Source: Bacillota bacterium
GTDB taxonomy: Bacteria > Bacillota > Clostridia > DSM-8532
Direction: 5' to 3'
Length of the DNA stretch: 64,000 bases
NCBI GenBank assembly: GCA_023443745.1
Contig: JAEZTB010000059.1
Coordinates: 11,998-75,997 of the forward strand
Under the pieces are notes generated by a model. It was given only the letters and a program-made list of their open reading frames with translations, searched no databases and was not told the DNA's origin. The position numbers and the translations under genes are program-made. Shown here piece by piece: positions 37,637-45,517 of this stretch (its first letter is position 1; the number at the start of each line of letters is the position of its first letter).

Positions 37637-37668
37637 AACTAGGCGGTAAGCCTATCTCCCGCCTAGTT
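37637..37668. repeat. 10-bp GC-rich stem-loop aactaggcgg-N12-ccgcctagtt
   Basis: Seen directly. The sequence gggagata (loop plus flanking stem base) recurs in the neighbouring palindrome. Confidence 0.55.
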
Positions 37669-37689
37669 GAAACAGTGTGATTCAAGCGG

Positions 37690-38451
37690 TTATAAGCAAC
37701 GGATTCTGTCGCGGAAGCGATGCAGGAACTGATTGTTCCATTCGTCACCACCGGGGCAATTTCCACTTCGCCAAATCGGAGGATTAACGCCTTCATTAAC
37801 CAGCATGTTAACGGCTTCAATGATAATGCTGTTCATTACATAAGCGTTTGCAAACGTACTTAAAGCACCGATCTTCTGCGGCAGACCTTCTAGCTCAAGA
37901 ACTGCGTCTCCTAGCTTAACCTTACAGTCCACTGAGCAATCTACGATATCATGCAGATTCTTTTTTGAAGGATGACGTGCAGGATGATCCTTAGGACAAT
38001 TGTTTGCGTGTTCATGAGAGCTGACGCCGATAACCTTAGCACCACGCTGCTTAGCTGTCAATGCCGAATCAATGGTAGCTGAGTTGATTCCATAGGCATT
38101 ACATACAATCAGTAAATCACCTTGACCAATACCATAGTCCTCAATTACAATTTTACCGTAACCCGGTAATCTCTCTACCGCCATAGATTTCAGGGCACCA
38201 TCAGTTAGCATAGTTTCTTGATTCAAAATTGCACTGACATGCATTAATCCACCGGCTCTGAAGAATATCTCCATGGCTGCAAGATTGGAATGTCCGCCGG
38301 GACCAAATACATAGACAATCTTATCCTGCTTAACCTGTTCTGCAACAATACGTGCCGCTTCAATAATATGTTCACGCTCGGACGCGCGAATCTCGTCAAT
38401 TATTCCGATTACCTCTTTGTAGTAGAGGTCCATAACTGTTCCTTCAACCAT
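37690..38451 (-). CDS. SIS-domain phosphosugar-binding protein (UPF0309-like)
   Basis: RBS AAAGGAG 6 nt upstream. VYVFGPGGHS and LLIVCNAYGINS SIS-fold motifs. Confidence 0.7.
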   Translation of the reverse strand: MVEGTVMDLYYKEVIGIIDEIRASEREHIIEAARIVAEQVKQDKIVYVFGPGGHSNLAAMEIFFRAGGLMHVSAILNQETMLTDGALKSMAVERLPGYGKIVIEDYGIGQGDLLIVCNAYGINSATIDSALTAKQRGAKVIGVSSHEHANNCPKDHPARHPSKKNLHDIVDCSVDCKVKLGDAVLELEGLPQKIGALSTFANAYVMNSIIIEAVNMLVNEGVNPPIWRSGNCPGGDEWNNQFLHRFRDRIRCL

Positions 38452-38541
38452 AATGTTCTCCTTTCTGATTGTGCATGAGTGTTAGTTTTTTATGAAATAA
38501 TGGAACACAACAAAGTCATTATTGTGTTCCATTTGTCAGTA

Positions 38542-39417
38542 TTAATCATTGATCCATGGGGGTGTACTGGGTAAAGCTTTTTCAAAATGCTCCAGATATT
38601 TCTGCATCTCGTTGCCTGCATATATCCCCTTTTGGAACAAGTCAATGACCGTCGTATAAAATTCCTGCCATGAACGCTCTTCTTCATTGGGGCAGATAGG
38701 ATAAAAGAGAATTCCATTTGCTGCGGCTGCATCCTGATCGCCTGGAGCGTCCCCAATCATGATGGCCTTATTTGAATCATAGAAGTGCTTTATGTATCCA
38801 ATAATCTCTTTTTTACTTCCATCTTCCTGCGCTCCCAGTAATGCTACATGTTGATCCAGCTCGTGTTCATGCCACTCTTTCAGCAAGGCCTCACGAGGCG
38901 TTGCAGATACAATTACAATATCCGCAAATTGACTTAACCGCTCCAAACTTTCTCTAACGTACGGAAATGGTGGAATATCGCGAACCATTTGTGCAACACG
39001 CCGATTCATATTATAGGACCATTCCAACGTGCGAGCCATAACAGGATCATCGGTCAGCTTTGCAACTGCATCGTTATTGAGAATCGGAGCTGTTTCAACC
39101 CATTTATGGAGTGATTCATAGTCAGGCATCCTAAAGTTACGAGACTTAACCTCTTTGCGCTCAGCAAGAAGATCCAGCACATTGATCAGCGCGTGAAAAC
39201 GGCTGCAGCCACGGGTTTTTGAATACAAATTCACATATTCCCACGCCTCGCGGGCATACTTGGAGATGGCCTGCAATCCCCAAGTATCGATTGTTGCTGG
39301 GCAGAAGCACTCTTTATGCTTGATCTCCATGGTATCGAATGCACATCCATCGGAATCGATACAAACAAGATATTTATGCTTGGGGACGTAGTTTCCCTTT
39401 GTTACGTTAATGTCCAT
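38542..39417 (-). CDS. HAD-superfamily hydrolase (putative sugar-phosphate phosphatase)
   Basis: Motif I CIDSDGCAFD, motif IV IMIGDAPGDQD. Confidence 0.7.
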   Translation of the reverse strand: MDINVTKGNYVPKHKYLVCIDSDGCAFDTMEIKHKECFCPATIDTWGLQAISKYAREAWEYVNLYSKTRGCSRFHALINVLDLLAERKEVKSRNFRMPDYESLHKWVETAPILNNDAVAKLTDDPVMARTLEWSYNMNRRVAQMVRDIPPFPYVRESLERLSQFADIVIVSATPREALLKEWHEHELDQHVALLGAQEDGSKKEIIGYIKHFYDSNKAIMIGDAPGDQDAAAANGILFYPICPNEEERSWQEFYTTVIDLFQKGIYAGNEMQKYLEHFEKALPSTPPWIND

Positions 39418-39429
39418 AGGTTCTCCTTT

Positions 39430-40266
39430 TTACAGCAGATACTTCTCGATTGCTTTGGCAAGCCCATCTTTGTCATTGTCGTCGGTTACATCATATGAAA
39501 TGTCTTTGAGGGCCTGAGGCGAATTCCCCATTGCAATACCCAACACGGATTTTTCGATGATGCATCCATCCATACCAAGAGAATCCCCGATACTCATAAC
39601 GTTTTCATAGGTAATGCCAAGATGATCCAACAACACCTGGATTGCAGCAGCTTTGTCCAGACGGGAACAAGTAAATTGCATGTTTAAAGGAGTGCCATCA
39701 AGGAAATTGACAAAATCCATGGCTTCCAGCTGTTTCATAAACGGGTCTTGTTTTTCTTTAGGAACCCCATATAGGTTAAATTTTTCAACACTAAGCCTGT
39801 TCTCAAGGAAAAAGTCGGATAACTTACCGTCGATGGCAATCTGGCGTCCGGTTAACACGTACCATACATGATGCGGGGGAACAGGATACCGATGCAGCGC
39901 ATCGTTGACTTCCCGTTCAAAGTACAATTTGCCCTCTGCTGCGATCTCACTGTAAACCTGCTGCCCCTCATACATGCGACAAATTTCAGCAGCTTCTTCA
40001 GGTGTAAAACAGTCACCTTTATAAATGACCTCGTTCTTTAAGCGGTCAATGATACGGCATCCGCTTGCAGATACCCAATAACGGAATGCTTTATCTTCTT
40101 CAATCTGGGGTGGAAACATATCTGCGCTTCGTCCGGTGCAAGGAATACATATAATCCCTTTTTTCACTGCTTCACGCAAGGCATGCATATTTCTGGGTGA
40201 TATAAAGACTTGATCTTTTTGCAGGGTCGTACCGTCAAAATCAAAGAACAGAACTTTGATATTCAT
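39430..40266 (-). CDS. HAD-IIB (Cof-type) sugar-phosphate phosphatase
   Basis: Motif I LFFDFDGTTL, CTGRS, motif IV SIGDSLGMDG. Confidence 0.8.
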   Translation of the reverse strand: MNIKVLFFDFDGTTLQKDQVFISPRNMHALREAVKKGIICIPCTGRSADMFPPQIEEDKAFRYWVSASGCRIIDRLKNEVIYKGDCFTPEEAAEICRMYEGQQVYSEIAAEGKLYFEREVNDALHRYPVPPHHVWYVLTGRQIAIDGKLSDFFLENRLSVEKFNLYGVPKEKQDPFMKQLEAMDFVNFLDGTPLNMQFTCSRLDKAAAIQVLLDHLGITYENVMSIGDSLGMDGCIIEKSVLGIAMGNSPQALKDISYDVTDDNDKDGLAKAIEKYLL

Positions 40267-40291
40267 TTACATAAGCTCCTTTTTAATTAAG

Positions 40292-41971
40292 TTACATATC
40301 AACGTCTGCATTGCCTGTCAGCCTGAAAAACAGCATTAACGAAGCAACCATGGTTATAGTAAGAATGGTGGATAAGGCCGCTGCAGTACCGTAAGCAGAA
40401 CGATTGACTTCTGCAAAGATTGCAGTAGACATTGTGGATGTCTTGCTTGTATACAGCATCAATGTAGAAGACAATTCCTGGATCAGCGTAATCCAGCTTA
40501 AGATTGCCCCTGATACAATGCCGGGAATCATGGCAGGCATTGTAACCTTAAAGAATGTTGGCATTGATGAATATCCCAAAGACAAAGAGGCTTCCTCAAT
40601 ACTCGGGTTAATCTGGCGAAGTATAGCTGCACTGGAGCGAACAGTATAAGGCATTCTTCGGATAACGTACGCGACAATAATCAATGCAGAACCGCCGGTC
40701 AATACCAAAGATCCTGAATTGTATGAAATCAGCAGCATTAAACCAAAGATCGTTCCGGGAATAACGTAAGGCAGCTGAATACAAGCATCCAAAAAACGAG
40801 AGAAAGCATTCTTTTTCCGTACTGTAACATAAGCAAACATTGTACCGAGCAGTACGATAATGATGATTGCCGTAATGCCAAATTTAAAGGTATTAATAAT
40901 AGAAGCCTTTGCTTTGGCCCATGCAAGAACATAGTTGGTAAAGGAAAAGCCTTCAACCATAATTGACCCGCCGGTAAAGTTTTTAAAGGAAATAATTGTA
41001 ATATAGATTGTTGGGAGAACGGCAAGCAGGGTTACAGTATATACAAAGATATGAGCAAGAACTCCGCCGGCACCCTTCATAGGCCTTGGCTCTGGCGGGT
41101 TAAGCATACTCATATTATAATTCTTACGGCTGAAATACATCTGCAACATGAAAACAATAATTGCAAGCAAAATCATAATGAAAGCAATAGAAGATGCAAA
41201 GAATGCATTAGAGCCCGTCTCGGATAACCACTCATTATAAACAAGAACCGGCATGACGGTGTAACCTTCGCCAATTAAGCGCGGGGTGCCGTAATCTGCA
41301 AAAGCACGCAGAAAAACAATAGCAGCACCGGCGAGGATAGTGGGTGTAATGAGTGGTAAACTGATTTTAAGAATCTTATTCAGCCCATGATAACCAAGGC
41401 TTTCTGCTGCTTCTCCAAGGGCCTTGTCCACCTTCTTCAGCGCACCTTTGGTGTACATATAAATGTAGGGAAACAATTTAAGTGTAAATACAAGCAAAAT
41501 ACCGTTGTAGCCGTATATGGTGGGCAGAGTAATACCAAAGGTATTCTGGAAGAACATTGTAACAACACCCTTACGTCCCAACATCAGAATCCAGGAGTAG
41601 GCACCGATGAACGGCGGAGAGAACATGGATATAATAATCAAAACGTTAATGGCCTTGGCTAATTTGACTTTAAAGTTTGTGGTGATATACGCAAGTGTAA
41701 CGCCGATGACAATCGTCAGGGCAGTTGCTAAGAATGTGACTTTAACGCTGTTCCAGATAGCATCGCGATAGTAAGCTCTGGAAAAGAATTTCACAAAGTT
41801 ACCAAAGGAGAACACACCTACCGCATCCTTCGTCTGAAATGCGTTTATAACCAGACGCCCTACGGGGTATACCAGGAACATGGCAAAGAAAATCAACGAA
41901 ACAAGCGTTATCAGAGTCCAAAAGTCAATGCGATAGCCTTTTAAAAATTCACGGTTGCCCTTCTTAAGCAT
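40292..41971 (-). CDS. Fused 12-TM ABC importer permease (FbpB/AfuB/ThiP-type, two BPD_transp_1 halves)
   Basis: Two EAA loops (GEAAESLGYHG..., EEASLSLGYSS...). ATG at 41971 follows GAAGGGGTG and overlaps the ATPase stop by 8 nt; the ORF-track start at 41989 is TTG. Confidence 0.85.
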   Translation of the reverse strand: MLKKGNREFLKGYRIDFWTLITLVSLIFFAMFLVYPVGRLVINAFQTKDAVGVFSFGNFVKFFSRAYYRDAIWNSVKVTFLATALTIVIGVTLAYITTNFKVKLAKAINVLIIISMFSPPFIGAYSWILMLGRKGVVTMFFQNTFGITLPTIYGYNGILLVFTLKLFPYIYMYTKGALKKVDKALGEAAESLGYHGLNKILKISLPLITPTILAGAAIVFLRAFADYGTPRLIGEGYTVMPVLVYNEWLSETGSNAFFASSIAFIMILLAIIVFMLQMYFSRKNYNMSMLNPPEPRPMKGAGGVLAHIFVYTVTLLAVLPTIYITIISFKNFTGGSIMVEGFSFTNYVLAWAKAKASIINTFKFGITAIIIIVLLGTMFAYVTVRKKNAFSRFLDACIQLPYVIPGTIFGLMLLISYNSGSLVLTGGSALIIVAYVIRRMPYTVRSSAAILRQINPSIEEASLSLGYSSMPTFFKVTMPAMIPGIVSGAILSWITLIQELSSTLMLYTSKTSTMSTAIFAEVNRSAYGTAAALSTILTITMVASLMLFFRLTGNADVDM

Positions 41972-43067
41972 TGCTATGCACCCCTTCAATTAAAGTGGTT
42001 TTCTTATCTTTGTCAAATACATTGATGCGTTTTGTATTGACTGTCAAGTAAATCGTTTCATTAAAATTGTATATGCGCTGCGCGGAATTTGTGTCGCTGC
42101 ATACTTCTACCTCGGTACCATTATCAAAGGCTACCTCATACTTGATGTTTTTCCCAAGGAATTGCTTCAGCTTAACCGTGCCTTTCATACCCTGCCCTTC
42201 GGGTGCGACAATAAACTCTTCAGGACGAACACCGACAATAACTTCCCTGCCAACTTCCAAGGGAAAGATATTGTTCATTTCGATTTCCAAACCGGTTTCC
42301 ATTCTTATCTTAGTAACACTACCAACCTCTGTTACAGTACCGTTAATCATGCTGGAACTGCCAATGAAGTTGGCAACAAAGGTGTTGTATGGACGGGAAT
42401 AAATACGCTCGGGAGAATCGCAATGATAGATATCGCCTTTATTCATAACCGCAATACGATCAGATATTGCAAGGGCTTCCTCCTGATCATGGGTGACGTA
42501 AACAGTGGTTATTCCCAATTCCCTTTGCAGCCTGCTGATAACTGTACGCATTTCAAGACGCAGCTTTGCATCAAGATTGGAGAGGGGTTCGTCCATGAGC
42601 AGAACCTGAGGGCGCACAACGACGGCACGAGCAAGTGCAACACGCTGCTGCTGACCACCTGAAAGCTTATTCGGGTAGCGATCACGATACTCGGTCAACT
42701 GAACGATATCGAGAATTTCTTCTACACGACTCTTGATCTCTGCCTTGGACAATTTCTTATTTTTCAAACCGTATTCGATATTACGGTATACTGTCATATT
42801 GGGAAATATTGCATAGCTTTGAAAAACCATTCCGAAATTGCGCTTGTATACAGGGACATTATTTATTACTTTATCATCAAAAGCAATGGTTCCAGCCTCG
42901 ATGGAGTTAAAACCAGCAATCATTCGCAGCAAAGTTGTCTTGCCACAGCCACTGGGGCCGAGCAGAGTAAATAATTCACCGGGCTTTATGTCTACTGACA
43001 GATCATGAATAACAACATTATCTTCGTATTGTTTTTTGATATTTTTTATATGGATAGCAACAGCCAT
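41964..43067 (-). CDS. ABC importer ATPase (FbpC/PotA/MalK-like with C-terminal regulatory domain)
   Basis: Walker A GPSGCGKTT, signature LSGGQQQRVALARA, Walker B LLMDEPLSNLD. Confidence 0.9.
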   Translation of the reverse strand: MAVAIHIKNIKKQYEDNVVIHDLSVDIKPGELFTLLGPSGCGKTTLLRMIAGFNSIEAGTIAFDDKVINNVPVYKRNFGMVFQSYAIFPNMTVYRNIEYGLKNKKLSKAEIKSRVEEILDIVQLTEYRDRYPNKLSGGQQQRVALARAVVVRPQVLLMDEPLSNLDAKLRLEMRTVISRLQRELGITTVYVTHDQEEALAISDRIAVMNKGDIYHCDSPERIYSRPYNTFVANFIGSSSMINGTVTEVGSVTKIRMETGLEIEMNNIFPLEVGREVIVGVRPEEFIVAPEGQGMKGTVKLKQFLGKNIKYEVAFDNGTEVEVCSDTNSAQRIYNFNETIYLTVNTKRINVFDKDKKTTLIEGVHSNA

Positions 43068-43082
43068 GATTATTCCTCCATT

Positions 43083-43118
43083 TTATTCGCCGTCTCTTTT
43101 TAAGGAGACGGCGAATAA
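43083..43118 (-). other. Perfect 14-bp intercistronic hairpin between the SBP stop and the ATPase RBS
   Basis: ttattcgccgtctc-N8-gagacggcgaataa. No U-tract. The GGAGG RBS begins 5 nt after the hairpin on the minus strand. Confidence 0.6.
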
Positions 43119-43142
43119 GTTGTACATTCAATTTAAGGTTAA

Positions 43143-44261
43143 TTATTTAACGCTAGTCCACAGATCCTGGAATTTTTCCTTCAGAGAATCGGAATTCTTT
43201 TCAACCCACTCACTGGGATATGGGATTGAATTCAAATCTTTTGTTGCAGAAATTCCTTCAACGGTGAAGTCAACATCAGAACGGATGGAACGCTGATAAA
43301 GCTGAGATGCACAAGCCTGTTGATACTCTTTAGAAGTAAAGAAGTCAACAAGCAGACGAGCGTTGTACTCGTTTGCGGAGCCCTTAATGATGCCGCAGTA
43401 AGAGGTTCTTAAGGTGATACCTTCTTTTGCATAAACCGCACTTACATCTGCGCCGTTAACGATATTCTCAATAACCTTTTCCTCATTGGTGATACCAACT
43501 GCGTACTCGCCATTAGCAACACCGGTGTAAACAGCTGAGGAGCTGGAGGAAATCTTACCGCCAAGATTAGCGATGAACTTTTGAATGAAGTTCCAGCCAT
43601 CATCCATATTACCTGTGCCATTCATTGCTGCCAGCATGTTGACGACTTGCTCACGACCAGAGGAGGCCGATGATGGGTCTGCAAAAATAATGTTGCCCTT
43701 CAAAGCAGGGTTTGCAAGGGATTCCCACCCGTCAACTGTTACACCCAGATCCTTAACCATTTTATTGTTAACCATGATGGTGTTAACATTGATCTGGATA
43801 GCAGTAAACTTCTCATTGGGGGACACAAACTCAGCAACACAGGATGCTGCATTAGGTGAAACATAAGGAGTGAGATGGTCTTCCAGTGCAGTGTAAACTG
43901 CAAATGAACCACCCATCATAACGTCACCCTGAGGGTTGCCGGCTTCCGCAATAATTCTGTTCTGTAATTCACCGGAACCTGCGGAAACAACCTCCAACTC
44001 GATGTCGGGATGGAGATCTGCCCACATTTGCTGAATCATTTCGTTTTGGTTGGTGGAGCTTGCGCTGTACAGAACAACGCTCTTGGTCTTTGGAAGTTCT
44101 GGCTCTTTTGAGGGTTCTGCGGATTGGCTGGCATCCGGCGTACTAGAGCTGGACGGAGCTACCGAGGGCGAGGGCTGAGGGTTCTTTTGGGTACCACATG
44201 CCGTAAATACCATTGCAAGAACCATAAGTACACTAATGAGAGCAATAAGTCTTCTTTTCAT
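43143..44261 (-). CDS. Extracellular solute-binding lipoprotein of the Fbp/Afu-type ABC importer
   Basis: Lipobox MVFTACG, Ser/Pro linker, FbpA/PotD-like class II SBP body. Confidence 0.85.
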   Translation of the reverse strand: MKRRLIALISVLMVLAMVFTACGTQKNPQPSPSVAPSSSSTPDASQSAEPSKEPELPKTKSVVLYSASSTNQNEMIQQMWADLHPDIELEVVSAGSGELQNRIIAEAGNPQGDVMMGGSFAVYTALEDHLTPYVSPNAASCVAEFVSPNEKFTAIQINVNTIMVNNKMVKDLGVTVDGWESLANPALKGNIIFADPSSASSGREQVVNMLAAMNGTGNMDDGWNFIQKFIANLGGKISSSSSAVYTGVANGEYAVGITNEEKVIENIVNGADVSAVYAKEGITLRTSYCGIIKGSANEYNARLLVDFFTSKEYQQACASQLYQRSIRSDVDFTVEGISATKDLNSIPYPSEWVEKNSDSLKEKFQDLWTSVK

Positions 44262-44341
44262 GGATTTTTCCTCCCTGTTTTTTGTTATTTTGATTGGCTG
44301 TTGCCAAATCGAAGCTGTTTCCTGTAAGTTAATGGCTACAG

Positions 44342-44362
44342 CCTGTACGCTCAGCGTACAGG
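44342..44362 (-). other. Perfect 9-bp stem-loop immediately after the nagB-like stop codon
   Basis: cctgtacgc-tca-gcgtacagg. No U-tract. Confidence 0.45.
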
Positions 44363-44363
44363 A

Positions 44364-45137
44364 CTATTTCTGCAAAATCTCCTTCAGAATTGAGAAGCAA
44401 GGCTCATCAACATACATCATAACGCCGGGCTTATGACGCAAAGCTGTTGCAGGGCAGCGTTCGGAAATTTCCCCCAGTATTGTATCTGCAAGGGCCTGTG
44501 CTTTTGCTTTTGTTGGGATAAAGCAAAAATGTTTGTCGGCAGAAATCAGGGTCGGTATAGTCAAAGTAAGTGCGATTTGGGGAACCTCGTCCAGTGTTGC
44601 AAAGCATCCATCACGAACCTGCTGGTTGCGGCACATCAGATCCAATTCAACTGGCTTCATAATCTTGCTGTCATGGAAATCGGCAACCGCAGGATCATTA
44701 AATGCGATGTGCCCATTTTCTCCGACACCCATGAAAACAATATCCACCTGCTCGGCCATAAGCTTGTTTCCGTACTTTTCGCACTCCTCCAGCGGATCTT
44801 TGGCCATTCCATCAATATAATGGACAGCTTTCATTTCTACACGCTCGAAGTAATCTTTCAGAAAAGAACGAAAGCTTCTCGGGTCATCACCTGGAATTCC
44901 AATATATTCATCCATATGAAATGCCTCTATGCGGCTAAAATCAATACTTTTATCCGCAAAAAAACGATCCAGGAAATCCGACTGTGACGGTGCTGCTGCA
45001 AAAATGCATCTGATTGTCTGCTTCTGATTTAGCAAATTAAGGACATATTCCGCCGCCTCCCGGGCTGCTAACGCTCCCATCTCCGAACGAGTCGGGAAAA
45101 CGGACAAAGTGATTTCATCGAACTGCATCCTTCTCAC
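44364..45137 (-). CDS. nagB: Glucosamine-6-phosphate deaminase/isomerase family protein
   Basis: FHMDEY and GVGENGHIAFNDP motifs of the NagB / 6-phosphogluconolactonase fold. Confidence 0.75.
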   Translation of the reverse strand: MRRMQFDEITLSVFPTRSEMGALAAREAAEYVLNLLNQKQTIRCIFAAAPSQSDFLDRFFADKSIDFSRIEAFHMDEYIGIPGDDPRSFRSFLKDYFERVEMKAVHYIDGMAKDPLEECEKYGNKLMAEQVDIVFMGVGENGHIAFNDPAVADFHDSKIMKPVELDLMCRNQQVRDGCFATLDEVPQIALTLTIPTLISADKHFCFIPTKAKAQALADTILGEISERCPATALRHKPGVMMYVDEPCFSILKEILQK

Positions 45138-45176
45138 TGTAATGCTCCTTTGTATAAAGAATTAAGAAACAAAAGA

Positions 45177-45190
45177 AGAAATCGATTACT
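45177..45190. promoter_or_regulatory. Candidate LacI-type operator agaaatcgattact (core AATCGATT is a perfect palindrome)
   Basis: Lies in the predicted 5' UTR of the nagB-like operon. Central CG as in LacI-family operators. Confidence 0.4.
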
Positions 45191-45276
45191 TTTTAGGGAA
45201 ATTAAAAAGATCGGGATGATCTTTACTCTATAATCTTTCAAAAATATAGCCGTTATGTGTCCGTACATTATCTATC

Positions 45277-45305
45277 ATTATAGAGAGAGCTTTCCGATTT
45301 GTCAA
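45277..45305 (-). promoter_or_regulatory. Consensus sigma-A promoter for the nagB-like/ABC operon (TTGACA-17-TATAAT)
   Basis: Minus strand reads TTGACA aatcggaaagctctctc TATAAT with an exact 17-nt spacer. Confidence 0.65.
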
Positions 45306-45317
45306 CGAAATCGACAA
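45295..45317. promoter_or_regulatory. Overlapping inverted repeats (cgattt-N7-aaatcg; ttgtc-N9-gacaa) over the -35 box
   Basis: Seen directly. Shares the AAATCG half-site with 45177-45190. Confidence 0.35.
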
Positions 45318-45453
45318 TTTTTTTTCAGATTTTTCTGAGAATTTTGTGCTTTTTTTTATTGACTCTATCCAATTTTATTTCTTAAATGAATTCCATTTTT
45401 CTGTTTCAGAATTTTGTTTCTATTATTTTACTGCTTTTTTACTATACTTTTAC

Positions 45454-45482
45454 TTGAATTTCCCATCGGTTTCCAATATAAT
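45454..45482 (+). promoter_or_regulatory. Sigma-A-type promoter for the second LacI gene (TTGAAT-17-TATAAT)
   Basis: TTGAAT at 45454-45459, TATAAT at 45477-45482. Puts the transcription start at about 45489, which favours the ATG at 45518. Confidence 0.55.
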
Positions 45483-45517
45483 ATGACAGTATGAATCAAT
45501 TTAACAGAAGGTGTTTT

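Noticed and set aside
34257-40266. Calling the DegT + Gfo/Idh/MocA + HAD genes a kanosamine (ntdABC-like) biosynthetic operon
   Set aside because: Only the enzyme classes match. The genes are interleaved with NagA, an amidohydrolase and a SIS protein, and they sit under LacI-type catabolic control next to importers. The idea is kept only as a mechanistic analogy.
40292-44261. Annotating the ABC importer as an iron(III) or spermidine/putrescine transporter
   Set aside because: That label is only the family default. The genomic context is entirely sugar or amino-sugar metabolism, with no siderophore, Fur-box-like or polyamine genes. The substrate is left open, and sugar phosphate is raised as a hypothesis.
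44433-44987. 184-aa plus-strand ORF
   Set aside because: It is antisense to the nagB-like gene. The NagB-family motifs are on the minus-strand frame.
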